A stretch of 64,000 nt of DNA from a virus. The DNA is taken from IMG/VR virus record IMGVR_UViG_3300035565_000044, positions 36,523 through 100,522 of that record, one strand, 5' to 3'. Numbering within the stretch: position 1 is the stretch's first letter; each line of letters starts with the position of its first letter. The position numbers and the translations under genes are program-made. The notes beneath the pieces are model-generated. The model was not told the DNA's origin. It saw nothing but the letters and a program-made list of their open reading frames with translations, and did no database searches. Positions 51,311 through 60,741 of the stretch are shown piece by piece.

Positions 51311-51860
51311 CATAACGCTCTATCCCACACTTCAAAACGCCGTGGGTCTCCAGCAGGGCCACGGCGTCATCTAGCGTATCAGCGCAATAAACCAGCCATC
51401 CTCTCTCAAACAGTCCTTCCAATATCTCACGCCTCTCTGGCGTAGGCGCTACACCAGCGCGTTTCAATTCTAAAAGAAATGGTTCTGCAATAACGCCTTC
51501 GCCTAAATAATCTGGATCACCTCTAAGCAAAAGGTCAGGAAATCCAGGCATGAGCCCCATTTTCTTTAGATTCCAAGTTTCACCAGCCCCTCTACTCCCT
51601 TCATTGGGAATATGAACGAAAGTGCTTTTAGGAGTGCCACGTAGGCGCCACTGGGTAAACAGCGCTCGTTGCATCTGGTCTTCTTTCATAGCTCTGTCAA
51701 TTGGATTTATCACACGCTTTGGACGCCATTTCTTTGGCGCCACGATCTTCTTAGCAACCGGAGACATAAATGAGTAGACCTTCCCGTTCGAAACGCGCTG
51801 TATCTGAAGCCAGCGTCGGAACTTGCATGAGTTGCGGAATAAGTGTAAGACGCAGCTCAC
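51303..51860 (-). CDS. VRR-NUC / PD-(D/E)xK nuclease (likely start near 51767)
   Basis: HIPNEG, GLMPGFPDL and LELK motifs. Confidence 0.8.
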   Translation of the reverse strand: MSCVLHLFRNSCKFRRWLQIQRVSNGKVYSFMSPVAKKIVAPKKWRPKRVINPIDRAMKEDQMQRALFTQWRLRGTPKSTFVHIPNEGSRGAGETWNLKKMGLMPGFPDLLLRGDPDYLGEGVIAEPFLLELKRAGVAPTPERREILEGLFERGWLVYCADTLDDAVALLETHGVLKCGIERYVR

Positions 51861-51932
51861 CTTTTGTGGTATTTGCTACAGAGAATATAATGCATGATCA
51901 TTGCTATGTAAATAGCAGAAAGAAAACACCTA

Positions 51933-52289
51933 ATGAGCAACGATCCGGGGCAGTACCGCCCCCTAACTCCACAAGAAATATTGTCATTCTTTCAGGAGAT
52001 GAAAGAAAGGATAGTGTTGATAGAAGAACTAATATCGAATATATTGCGAAACAACGACCTCAAGGTGGAGGCGGAGCCCAAGAAGCGGAGCCAGAAAAAG
52101 GAGCGCGCAGTGGCAAAAAGACCGTCAAAAGAACCACATGATGATGTGGAAGAAGACAAGGCGATGATTAATAAAGCAGTCGCCAAGCATACAGCTAAAG
52201 AGCATCCGGGTCATGCTCCTACAACAATCAAGAAGGGCGGACGCCCAGTGCCCAAACCATCTGCCAAGAAGGCAGGGCGCGGACGATAA
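51933..52289 (+). CDS. Basic hypothetical protein
   Basis: Lys-rich tail; HDDVEEDKAMINKAV...KKGG. Confidence 0.55.
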   Translation: MSNDPGQYRPLTPQEILSFFQEMKERIVLIEELISNILRNNDLKVEAEPKKRSQKKERAVAKRPSKEPHDDVEEDKAMINKAVAKHTAKEHPGHAPTTIKKGGRPVPKPSAKKAGRGR

Positions 52290-52305
52290 TAAATTAGTGC
52301 ATGGG

Positions 52306-52334
52306 TTGACATTAGCATATTATAATGTTATCAT
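52306..52334 (+). promoter_or_regulatory. Strong sigma70 promoter (putative late promoter) inside a 50-bp palindrome
   Basis: TTGACA-17-TATCAT; inverted repeat 52293-52342. Confidence 0.7.
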
Positions 52335-52443
52335 GCACTAATCATAACAATGCTGTTATGTGTCCTATTAACAAGCACGTAAGCAACATTGGATGCGCTA
52401 ATATAGGTCGCGACCAGACCTACTGCGTATGCAGACGCTAGAT

Positions 52444-52470
52444 AACCGTCATTTCTATGGCGGTTTTTTT
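52444..52470 (+). terminator. Intrinsic terminator ahead of the head operon
   Basis: AACCGTCAT-TTCT-ATGGCGG followed by T7. Confidence 0.75.
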
Positions 52471-52497
52471 ATGCGTGCAAAAAACGGGAGCATTAAT

Positions 52498-52830
52498 ATG
52501 CCTCATCGTCATTTAGAGCGGGCTCATCATCACCTGTCGATGGCCGCGAAGAAAATTGGTCATGAAGCTGGTGGCGGCGTTCACGAGAAGACCACAGCTC
52601 ACCGTCACGGTGGCCATGCTAAGCATCATGAGGCGGGCGGGGGAACTCGTAAGCACCATGAAGCAGGCGGCGGCGCTCGCAAGTGCGGCGGTACTGCTAA
52701 GCACCACGAGGCGGGTGGCGGCGTTCGTCATCGTTCGCATCATGAAGCGGGCGGCGGCGCTCGTAAGTGTGGCGGCTCTGCCAAGCACCATGAAGCTGGC
52801 GGCGGCGTCCGCAAGCGTGGCAAGTGCTGA
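52498..52830 (+). CDS. His/Gly-rich repeat protein (HEAGGG x6)
   Basis: Repeats conserved at protein level with synonymous variation; GGGAG RBS. Confidence 0.75.
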   Translation: MPHRHLERAHHHLSMAAKKIGHEAGGGVHEKTTAHRHGGHAKHHEAGGGTRKHHEAGGGARKCGGTAKHHEAGGGVRHRSHHEAGGGARKCGGSAKHHEAGGGVRKRGKC

Positions 52831-52957
52831 TATAAACACAGATTAATGGCATTGGCGGCCAATCCGAAAAGCAGGAAGACTGCTAAGGGGGCGCTGCCGC
52901 CTTTGTCTGTGAGTAAGAGTAAAAGAAAACTGAGATAGTCAAACCTAAAAAGAAAAA

Positions 52958-53593
52958 ATGAGCGAAATCGACAAGGTCGCAGATCGCAGCGTTGGTGAAC
53001 GGATAGCTAAAGAATTAGAAGGCATAGATCGTAAGCTATATAGGGGAGATGACCTGTACTGTCAGGAGATGATGGACAAGGTTTGCGAGCTTATATCAGT
53101 TGGTTATAGCATGAATGAGATAGCTAATATCACTGGAATAGCTACGAATACGATCTATAGATGGTGTTGGAAGAACAAAGCGTTCTCAGACTCCATGATT
53201 CTAGCTAGACGTAACCAAGCTCATGTACTTATGGACAGGGCGCATCAGGCGGCTGCGGATGGCGTTATCCACGAGAGAGAGAAAGACGCTAACTTCACCG
53301 TCAACGCCTATATTAAAATAGCTGAGAAGTTAAATCCTAGAAAATATGGTGTTAAGCTTGTCGAGTATAGTGGCGAGCAAGATATAAGGATAACCGATGA
53401 GCAAAGAACCCTCAGGATTCTTGAACTCCTCGCAAAGAACAATCCAGCCCTCATCGAACAAGCAGTCGAAGTTGACGCCCTCCCAGATTACTCAGATGTT
53501 GAAGAGTATGAGTCCGGAGAAGAGGAAGGCGCTCCTGACGAAGATTACTCCTACAGTAGACGATATTCGGGGCCTGGAGAAGACGGACGCTGA
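52958..53593 (+). CDS. terS: Terminase small subunit
   Basis: HTH (GYSMNEIA...TIYRW) and KLNPRKYG motif; upstream of TerL. Confidence 0.8.
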   Translation: MSEIDKVADRSVGERIAKELEGIDRKLYRGDDLYCQEMMDKVCELISVGYSMNEIANITGIATNTIYRWCWKNKAFSDSMILARRNQAHVLMDRAHQAAADGVIHEREKDANFTVNAYIKIAEKLNPRKYGVKLVEYSGEQDIRITDEQRTLRILELLAKNNPALIEQAVEVDALPDYSDVEEYESGEEEGAPDEDYSYSRRYSGPGEDGR

Positions 53594-54296
53594 AGAGTTA
53601 TATCAGCAGGCCGAGGCGCAAGCCAATTTTTCTAAGCATAATAAGCTTCTTACCCTTTACCCAGAATATGGGCCGCTTAGGAGGGGATTGTATAAGAAGC
53701 ATATGCAGTTCTTCCGTGCAGGTAAAGAGTATAATGAAAGAGCAGTTATTGCCGCTAACCGTTCTGGTAAATCATTTGGTATAGGCGGATACGAGACTAC
53801 GCTCCATCTAACTGGATTATATCCTGAATGGTGGGAAGGGCGCCGCTTCCATGGGCCAACAGAAGCATGGGCGGCAGGCGACACCAGCGAAACGACACGC
53901 GATATTATTCAGCATATTATGTTAGGAAATCCAGGGGAATTTGGAACTGGATTAATACCAAAAGATTGTATTCTAGGAAATCCTACGCATAGAGCTGGCG
54001 TTGCGGCTGCGGTAGACACAGTAAGAGTTCGCCATACATCAGGTGGAACTAGCTGGCTTGGTTTTAAATCATATGACCAGGGCCGAGCAAAGTTTCAAGG
54101 TACTGCGAAAGACATAGTATGGCTTGATGAAGAGCCGCCATTAGATGTGTATACTGAGTGTTTAACGCGTTTGATGACAAGAAACGGTATAATACTTTGT
54201 ACATTTACGCCACTAAGCGGATTGTCTGACGTGGTGCTGATGTATATGCCAAGCATGGCTCCAGAGCCGGATACAATTGAGATGGAGGCGTTTTGA
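53397..54296 (+). CDS. terL: Terminase large subunit, N-terminal ATPase part (P22-like)
   Basis: AANRSGKS Walker A, WLDEEPP Walker B, TFTP motif. Confidence 0.92.
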   Translation: MSKEPSGFLNSSQRTIQPSSNKQSKLTPSQITQMLKSMSPEKRKALLTKITPTVDDIRGLEKTDAEELYQQAEAQANFSKHNKLLTLYPEYGPLRRGLYKKHMQFFRAGKEYNERAVIAANRSGKSFGIGGYETTLHLTGLYPEWWEGRRFHGPTEAWAAGDTSETTRDIIQHIMLGNPGEFGTGLIPKDCILGNPTHRAGVAAAVDTVRVRHTSGGTSWLGFKSYDQGRAKFQGTAKDIVWLDEEPPLDVYTECLTRLMTRNGIILCTFTPLSGLSDVVLMYMPSMAPEPDTIEMEAF

Positions 54297-55054
54297 CAAG
54301 CGGGCGCTTCACACTTCAAATTGGTTGGGCTGACTGTCCGCATTTATCCAAGGCGGATTGTGAGCGCATGCTCAGAGCGTTCCCCGTCCACGAAAGGGAC
54401 GCGCGCTCTCTTGGTGTTCCGATGCTTGGCGCCGGAAAGGTATACCCAGTGAGTGAAGACGAATTCGTTATTGATCCATTTAAAATGCCAACATATTGGC
54501 CCCGTGCTTATGCTCTTGACGTTGGTTGGAAACGTACAGCGGCGGTATGGGGAGCAATAGACAGAGATGATGATATTCTGTATATATACAGCGAATATTA
54601 TCAGGGACATCAACCTCCCGCTGTCCATGCTTATGCTATCAAGGCGCGTGGTGAAAACCTAATTGGTTGCGTAGACCCTGCGGCGGCTGGCGTCAGTCAG
54701 GTTGATGGTAAATCTCTTATTAACGAGTACCGCAAAGCTGGATTGAGACTGTTTCCTGCTAATAATAAGGTTACAGGTCAAGAGGGCGGAATACATAATA
54801 TTTTTACGAGATTAACTGAAGGTAGATTGAAAATCTTCAGAACGTGTGTTAATCTTATTAAAGAAATGCGCATATATCGACGTAATGACCGTGGCGCAAT
54901 CGTAAAAGAGAACGACCATTTGTGCGACGCGCTTAGATATTTGTCGATGAGTAACATGGTTCATGCCCAGAAGCTTCGTGGAGACGAAGATGAAGAGGAT
55001 GACGCCGACAATGTCATTTCAATGGCTGGTAGAAGCAAAATAACTGGATACTGA
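54293..55054 (+). CDS. terL: Terminase large subunit, C-terminal nuclease part
   Basis: W..CPHL, GVPMLGAG, ALDVGW and DHLCDALRY motifs; GGAGG before TTG. Confidence 0.9.
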   Translation: MTSGRFTLQIGWADCPHLSKADCERMLRAFPVHERDARSLGVPMLGAGKVYPVSEDEFVIDPFKMPTYWPRAYALDVGWKRTAAVWGAIDRDDDILYIYSEYYQGHQPPAVHAYAIKARGENLIGCVDPAAAGVSQVDGKSLINEYRKAGLRLFPANNKVTGQEGGIHNIFTRLTEGRLKIFRTCVNLIKEMRIYRRNDRGAIVKENDHLCDALRYLSMSNMVHAQKLRGDEDEEDDADNVISMAGRSKITGY

Positions 55055-55055
55055 G

Positions 55056-55307
55056 ATGGCCAAGACCCCAGAGCACCACCGTTGGATACATTCCATGGCG
55101 AAGGATTTTATCGCTGCTGGCGGAGGCTCCACTCACAACTGGATTGCTGGCGCTACAAAGAACAAAGGCGCTCTGCACCGCGCTCTTGGCGTCCCACAAG
55201 GCCAGAAGATACCAGCATCTAAACTTGCTAAGGCTGCGCACAGCAAAAATCCAACTATGCGCAAGCGGGCGGCGCTGGCGAAGACACTTGCAGGTTTTCA
55301 TAAATAA
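55056..55307 (+). CDS. Small basic conserved phage protein
   Basis: NWIAGA..KGALHRALGVP..KIP..KLAKAA pattern. Confidence 0.65.
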   Translation: MAKTPEHHRWIHSMAKDFIAAGGGSTHNWIAGATKNKGALHRALGVPQGQKIPASKLAKAAHSKNPTMRKRAALAKTLAGFHK

Positions 55308-56611
55308 TGCCTGAGGACGAAGGTTACTTAGACCAATTCGGAAGATACGTCAGAAATTCAGCGGAAGCGCTTGGTCGCATACCCAGAGATTTAAGAACGT
55401 ACTGGAATGATCTGCCTTCGTCCTCCGGGGACTACGCTAGCGCCATAACAGGCGGCCCTGTCTACGCCGCAGATCAAGCTACGCGATTGGCGACACGTGG
55501 TCAATATGGCTATGCAGATGTGGCCAAATCCCTAGGCGGGACAGGCGAAGCGGCGCAGCAGAGCATAGACCGATTTAAAGGGGCGTATGGCCCTGTAACG
55601 CAGGCTGCTGGAGACGTGGGAACGTTTCTAGGCGAGGGTAGTAGGGGCGGCGTAAAAGTCAGCCCTAGCGAAGCCTGGACGGCCACAGAGCCAGCCCGTA
55701 GCAGATACGCAGAAGCGGCTACGATGGCTGGCGCTAGACGGAATATCATGATCGGTCCTGTAGGGGTTGAGAATCTATTCCATGCTGGCCGTCCAGCCGC
55801 CAAGCAGGCGTTTCAGATGGCGGACGACATGGCCGCTAAGGGACATACCAGGGACGAAATATGGGAAGCTACGGCTAATCATTTCCGTCGCCACGACCCT
55901 GAGTTTGCAGGCGTCCATTATGGACCTGATGGATTGCCACGGGCAGAATTAAGTGACGCTGGCGTTCCGTGGGCGGGTGGAACGCCAGAGAATATGCCAG
56001 TTCATGGCGTAGATTTAACAGAACCAGAAAAAGCATGGCCACATGCTACTCTGTATCAAGCTTACCCAGAAATGGGAAATCGCGGTCTAATCGTTAGTAA
56101 TCCTCCGCCGTCCGCGACGAATACAATATATGGATCATATGATCCTAGAAGTAAATCTCTTGCTATTAACTTAAATAAGATATACCCTCCTGAAAGCGTT
56201 ATAGTCCACGAGTCTCAGCATGGCGTTCAAGGAACGGAGGGGATGCTAACTGGAAGTCACTGGCGTAATTTTCCAGTTAACTCGGTTAACGTTCAAAAAA
56301 CATTAAAAGACCCATCGCTTGACCCAAAACTTGCTAATGACATGATAGATGTCGCCCAAAGACACATGGGTTTCAAGGGAGACACGATGGATGAACTTAA
56401 TAAATTTGCAGAAGAAAAAGGAATGATTCCATCTGTATTTGCTATGAATTTAAGTGCAAAAATTCCTAGAGACAAATACAATAGGACATATGGAGAGACA
56501 GAGGCGCGCAACGCGCAGACTCGCTACCATATGAATGCAGAAGAGCGCAGACAGACGCCACCCTGGAAAACGTTTGATTATCCAGAGAATAAACTCATTA
56601 CGGAATACTGA
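55307..56611 (+). CDS. LPD23-like protein with zincin HExxH motif
   Basis: HESQHGVQGTEG and YNRTYGETEARNAQTR...PWKTFD motifs. Confidence 0.65.
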   Translation: MPEDEGYLDQFGRYVRNSAEALGRIPRDLRTYWNDLPSSSGDYASAITGGPVYAADQATRLATRGQYGYADVAKSLGGTGEAAQQSIDRFKGAYGPVTQAAGDVGTFLGEGSRGGVKVSPSEAWTATEPARSRYAEAATMAGARRNIMIGPVGVENLFHAGRPAAKQAFQMADDMAAKGHTRDEIWEATANHFRRHDPEFAGVHYGPDGLPRAELSDAGVPWAGGTPENMPVHGVDLTEPEKAWPHATLYQAYPEMGNRGLIVSNPPPSATNTIYGSYDPRSKSLAINLNKIYPPESVIVHESQHGVQGTEGMLTGSHWRNFPVNSVNVQKTLKDPSLDPKLANDMIDVAQRHMGFKGDTMDELNKFAEEKGMIPSVFAMNLSAKIPRDKYNRTYGETEARNAQTRYHMNAEERRQTPPWKTFDYPENKLITEY

Positions 56612-56620
56612 GGAACCAAA

Positions 56621-56803
56621 ATGGCAGACGCCTCTGTTGGGATACGCAAAGACCCGAACTACGGACCAAATCCGGAGCAGATTTTCAATCATCAGAAAAG
56701 CGAACTTATCCGCTATAAAAAGTCTATGTCTATGCATATGCTTGGTGAAAAGCTTGAAAAGCCTAAGCATCCACGTGGCAATTCCGCTCCAAAGACAGAC
56801 TAA
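56621..56803 (+). CDS. Small hypothetical protein
   Basis: GAGG RBS; fills the gap before the portal gene. Confidence 0.5.
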   Translation: MADASVGIRKDPNYGPNPEQIFNHQKSELIRYKKSMSMHMLGEKLEKPKHPRGNSAPKTD

Positions 56804-56817
56804 TTTCACGTGAAACA
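56802..56817. promoter_or_regulatory. parS-like site
   Basis: AATTTCACGTGAAACA, upstream of portal. Confidence 0.65.
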
Positions 56818-56832
56818 TGAGGGCGCCGCGTA

Positions 56833-58881
56833 ATGGCTGACAGCTTTCTTCCGGAACCACAGCCAGACGCACAACAGCCTATGCCGCCACAAGCGATGAA
56901 CGGCTCTGCGTTGCCTTCTATGGACGAAGGTAACGTGACGCCAGAGTACGGCGCTCCACGGGGCATGAATATCCCTGGACTTAACATGGCGCCAGGGCCA
57001 ATGCGTCCTCGTGAGCCGGAAGAGTTGCAGCAGCTTCGTAAATGGGCGGCGTCTCCCAATGTTGCAGAAGACATTGATGAGTTAGAACTAAATAGAATTG
57101 GTGGAAGAGTAGGCGAAGGCTACGAGATAGATAAGCGTTCTCGTGGCGACTGGGAAGATAGGGCGTACAAGGCGCTTGAAATAGCGAAACAGAAGCGCGA
57201 AGAGAAAAGTTATCCTTTCCCTGGAGCAGCCAATGTTAATTATCCCCTTCTTACTACAGCCAGCCTCCAATTCGCAGCTAGGGCTTATCCAGCTATCATA
57301 TCTGGCCGTGAAATTGTTAGGGCTAAACTGACAGGAGGAAATCTACAAGGCGAGTTAGCCGCCCGTGGCTCCAGAGTCGGCATGCACATGTCCCACCAGC
57401 TTCTAGAAGAGATGGAAGACTGGGAAGGCGAGACGGATATGATGCTCCACCAGATGCCGGTTGTCGGTGGCGCAGCGCGTAAGGTGTACTGGCGGTTTGA
57501 AGCAGACCGTCCAAGATCAACCTGGATTTCACTAATCAACCTAGTTGTAAACCAAAAAGTAAAATCTCTGGAGTCTGCGCCGCGTATCAGCCATTCTTTC
57601 CAGCTTTATCCTCAAGAGGTTGAGGAACGTAAGCGCTCTGGAATGTTCCTGGACGTGGACTTACACCCAGAGAGCGCAGAAGGAAATGATGACCAAGCTC
57701 CATTGGATTTTATCGAACAGCATTGTTATTATGACCTTGATGGCGACGATTTTGCAGAGCCTTGGATCATTACTATCCATGAGCAAAGTGAAAAAGTAGT
57801 ACGTATTACAGCAGGTTTCGACGTTAATGAAATACGTCACGATGGAACTAAAATAACAAGAATTCCACGTGAAGATTATTTTGTAATTTATCCATTCATT
57901 CCGGACCCAGAAGGTGGGTTCTACCCAATAGGGTTTGGGTTCCTTCTGGAAAGCATCACGTCTATCGTTGATACAACGATGAACCAAATGATTGACGCCG
58001 GTCACTTGCAGAACGCAGGCGGCGGCTTCATTGGTTCTGGCCTAACATTCAAGAAAACAGAACTGCGCTTTGAACCTGGAGTTTACCATACGGTAGACGC
58101 CCTTGGCCAGGACATACGCGCCGCCATCGTCAACATGGAGCATCCAGGGCCATCTATGGCTCTGTTTCAGCTATTAACCATGATGATAGATGCAGCAAAG
58201 CAGATAACATCTATCCAAGACATTCTAACTGGCGACATGACGCAAGACAACGTGGCGCCAACGACGATACTTGCCCTTATTGAGCAGGGACATAAGGTGT
58301 TTACTGCTATTTATAAGCGCATATTTAAGTCTCTATCTAAAGAATTTAAGATTATTTACAGGCTTAATAGGAAGTATCTGTCGGATAAGGCGTACAGCGA
58401 AATTATTGGGCAGCAGGCGGACGTAGGTTCTGATTATGCTGACGATAACATGATCGTATGCCCTATAGCTGATCCTACTTTGGTTACAGAGATGCAGCGC
58501 ATAGCGCGGGCGCAGATGCTTACACAGCTCCAGATGCAGCCCCCATACGATAAGCTTCTCGATCCAAACAAGACGTTGGTGCGTTTGCTGTCAGCAGCAG
58601 GTATCGACAACTACATGGAAGTCATACAGCAGAACCAGGGGCAGAATCCTGAGGACCAGATGAAGATGGCCATGATGCAGAAGCAGATAGAGAAACTGCA
58701 ATCTGAAATCGACTTCAATACCTCTAGGGCGTCGGCAAAACTCTCTGAAGCTCATACGCAGGGCATTAAGGCTCATGCGATGGCTGATGCTGCACAGTTT
58801 AAAGCTGCTGAGTCTGCAATGAAGAATGAAGACTCCAGCGCCGCAGACATGCATCTTACTAAGATAAAAGGCTTTGCATGA
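56833..58881 (+). CDS. Portal protein
   Basis: 682 aa; PFPGAANVNYPLL, DLDGD, FYPIGFG and NQMIDAGHL motifs; position after terminase. Confidence 0.9.
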   Translation: MADSFLPEPQPDAQQPMPPQAMNGSALPSMDEGNVTPEYGAPRGMNIPGLNMAPGPMRPREPEELQQLRKWAASPNVAEDIDELELNRIGGRVGEGYEIDKRSRGDWEDRAYKALEIAKQKREEKSYPFPGAANVNYPLLTTASLQFAARAYPAIISGREIVRAKLTGGNLQGELAARGSRVGMHMSHQLLEEMEDWEGETDMMLHQMPVVGGAARKVYWRFEADRPRSTWISLINLVVNQKVKSLESAPRISHSFQLYPQEVEERKRSGMFLDVDLHPESAEGNDDQAPLDFIEQHCYYDLDGDDFAEPWIITIHEQSEKVVRITAGFDVNEIRHDGTKITRIPREDYFVIYPFIPDPEGGFYPIGFGFLLESITSIVDTTMNQMIDAGHLQNAGGGFIGSGLTFKKTELRFEPGVYHTVDALGQDIRAAIVNMEHPGPSMALFQLLTMMIDAAKQITSIQDILTGDMTQDNVAPTTILALIEQGHKVFTAIYKRIFKSLSKEFKIIYRLNRKYLSDKAYSEIIGQQADVGSDYADDNMIVCPIADPTLVTEMQRIARAQMLTQLQMQPPYDKLLDPNKTLVRLLSAAGIDNYMEVIQQNQGQNPEDQMKMAMMQKQIEKLQSEIDFNTSRASAKLSEAHTQGIKAHAMADAAQFKAAESAMKNEDSSAADMHLTKIKGFA

Positions 58882-59114
58882 TAACGGAAGACGAGTTTGA
58901 AGTTTGGAAAGTTCATCCAGTAACAGTAGCAATGGTAGAAAAAGCAAAGGCCCTTGCAAAGCAGAGTGAAAGACAGTGGGTTTCTCTTTTGGACGCCACT
59001 GGCGGAGTTGACCAGCAGAAGCTTATCATAACGTACCTTGATTTAAGAGCGCGCAGACAAGCTCTTGAGTCATTTATAGAGTTAAAACTAGAGGAAATTC
59101 AAGCAGATGCATAA
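58878..59114 (+). CDS. Small head-module protein
   Basis: F..WK.HPVT motif; coupled to portal. Confidence 0.6.
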   Translation: MITEDEFEVWKVHPVTVAMVEKAKALAKQSERQWVSLLDATGGVDQQKLIITYLDLRARRQALESFIELKLEEIQADA

Positions 59115-59535
59115 CGAAAATGACCTTGACGCAGGAACCGAGCCGAAGCGGCGCGGATGGCCAAAGGGCAAGCCACGGAAAGTAAATGGCGTGATCCATA
59201 CCAAGAAAGAAGACGACAGCCACCCATCTGGCGTTATTCCTTTTGAGTTTAAAGTTCTGGTTAAACAGGACATTATGGCTGAAAAGACCAAGGGTGGAAT
59301 TATCATACCAGAGCCAGCTCGTGATGACCAGCAGCGCGCGGTGATGAAGGGAGAAATCGTCTCCATGTCGCCAGCGGCGTTCAGCTATCACAACTGGGAT
59401 GAGAATACGCGAATTCCAAAGATTGGAGACCGTGTCGTCTACGCTCGGTACGCAGGAAGCGTCATCATCGGTAAAGATGAAGTTGAGTATCGCCTAATCA
59501 ATGACAAAGACATTGGCGCGATTATTGACTTCTAA
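59107..59535 (+). CDS. groES: GroES-like co-chaperonin
   Basis: KVLVK, EKTKGGIIIP mobile loop, KIGDRVVYARYAG and YRLINDKDI. Confidence 0.9.
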   Translation: MHNENDLDAGTEPKRRGWPKGKPRKVNGVIHTKKEDDSHPSGVIPFEFKVLVKQDIMAEKTKGGIIIPEPARDDQQRAVMKGEIVSMSPAAFSYHNWDENTRIPKIGDRVVYARYAGSVIIGKDEVEYRLINDKDIGAIIDF

Positions 59536-59546
59536 GGAAAACATAA

Positions 59547-60737
59547 ATGGTTAATAATTCAATGGCTGGCTTTATCGAGAGAAATCAAGGTAATATGCAG
59601 CAGAACGAGCAAGACTCACAGACTTCCTATGATCCTGACCTCGTAAGGCGAGCTAAGGAATTAGGATGGCGCGATAAGAACGAATACAAGGGTCCGGAAG
59701 ATCGTTGGGTTGAGCCAAACGAGTTTGTGCGCCGGGGAGAAGAAGTTCTTCCTATCGTTAAATCTCAGCTTGAGCGCGAACGTGAACGCGTTGCCGAGCT
59801 AGAGCGGCGCCAAGCTGAAACCCAGCGCCAGATTGACGAACGTCTCAAGCGTCAGAGCGAAGAGTGGGAGCAGCGTATAGCGCGCCAGGAGCGGGAGAAT
59901 AACGCCCGAGCCGAAGCCAGCGCTAAGGTGGCTCAGCTAGCCCTCCAGCGCCAGAGAGACCGCTTTATGGCGGAGCTGGACGCAGCCAAGCGCGCAGTCG
60001 TCCCTGAAGAGCAGCGGACTCAGTATGACGATTTGGTTCGTCGTGAACAAGAATTCTATCGGTCGGTGGCGCAGGAAGAGGAGCAGATACGAGCTCCTAT
60101 CCGGGAAATTGAGTCAGAACCAGAACGCCGGGAGACGCCACCCCCACAGCAAAACGGACAGCGCCAGCTTTCGCAAGACGAAATGGACACTGTTACGAAC
60201 TGGCGCAAGAGCAATCCTTGGTTTGATAATAGGATTGATGCAAATCGCATTGCCAATATGATTCACGTTAATCTTTTGGAAGAGCGTCCAAATATTAGCT
60301 TGAGGGAGAATCTTGATCTCGTCTCTGAAGAGATGAAGCGTAGGTTCCCTGAAAAGATTGGTTACAACCCTCAACAACAGCGCCAGGAATTCCAGAGCTC
60401 ACAACAGCAGGAGTTCCATGACAATGGTCGCGATAATAATAGACAGAATAACGAACAGCAGTGGGATAATGGGAACCAGCGCCGTGACGACAGGCAGCAG
60501 GATAACTACCAGTCCCAGCAAAATGATCGTACTCAGCGGCAGTATAGCTCTGTTGAAGGGGGGCAGTCTTTCAATAGCGCCGGGAGCCCTAGAAACAAGA
60601 AAGGATGGAGCCAGATCCATCCAAACGATAGACAAATGTTTGAGAACATGGTGTTCCCGACTGGAGTCTATGGAAACGATCTCGCCAAGGCGAGAGAACA
60701 ATGGGCTTCTGACTACCACACTATGTACGAGGAATGA
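59547..60737 (+). CDS. Capsid scaffolding protein
   Basis: Charged coiled coil; AKELGW and W...NPWF motifs; position. Confidence 0.7.
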   Translation: MVNNSMAGFIERNQGNMQQNEQDSQTSYDPDLVRRAKELGWRDKNEYKGPEDRWVEPNEFVRRGEEVLPIVKSQLERERERVAELERRQAETQRQIDERLKRQSEEWEQRIARQERENNARAEASAKVAQLALQRQRDRFMAELDAAKRAVVPEEQRTQYDDLVRREQEFYRSVAQEEEQIRAPIREIESEPERRETPPPQQNGQRQLSQDEMDTVTNWRKSNPWFDNRIDANRIANMIHVNLLEERPNISLRENLDLVSEEMKRRFPEKIGYNPQQQRQEFQSSQQQEFHDNGRDNNRQNNEQQWDNGNQRRDDRQQDNYQSQQNDRTQRQYSSVEGGQSFNSAGSPRNKKGWSQIHPNDRQMFENMVFPTGVYGNDLAKAREQWASDYHTMYEE

Positions 60738-60741
60738 TTAA

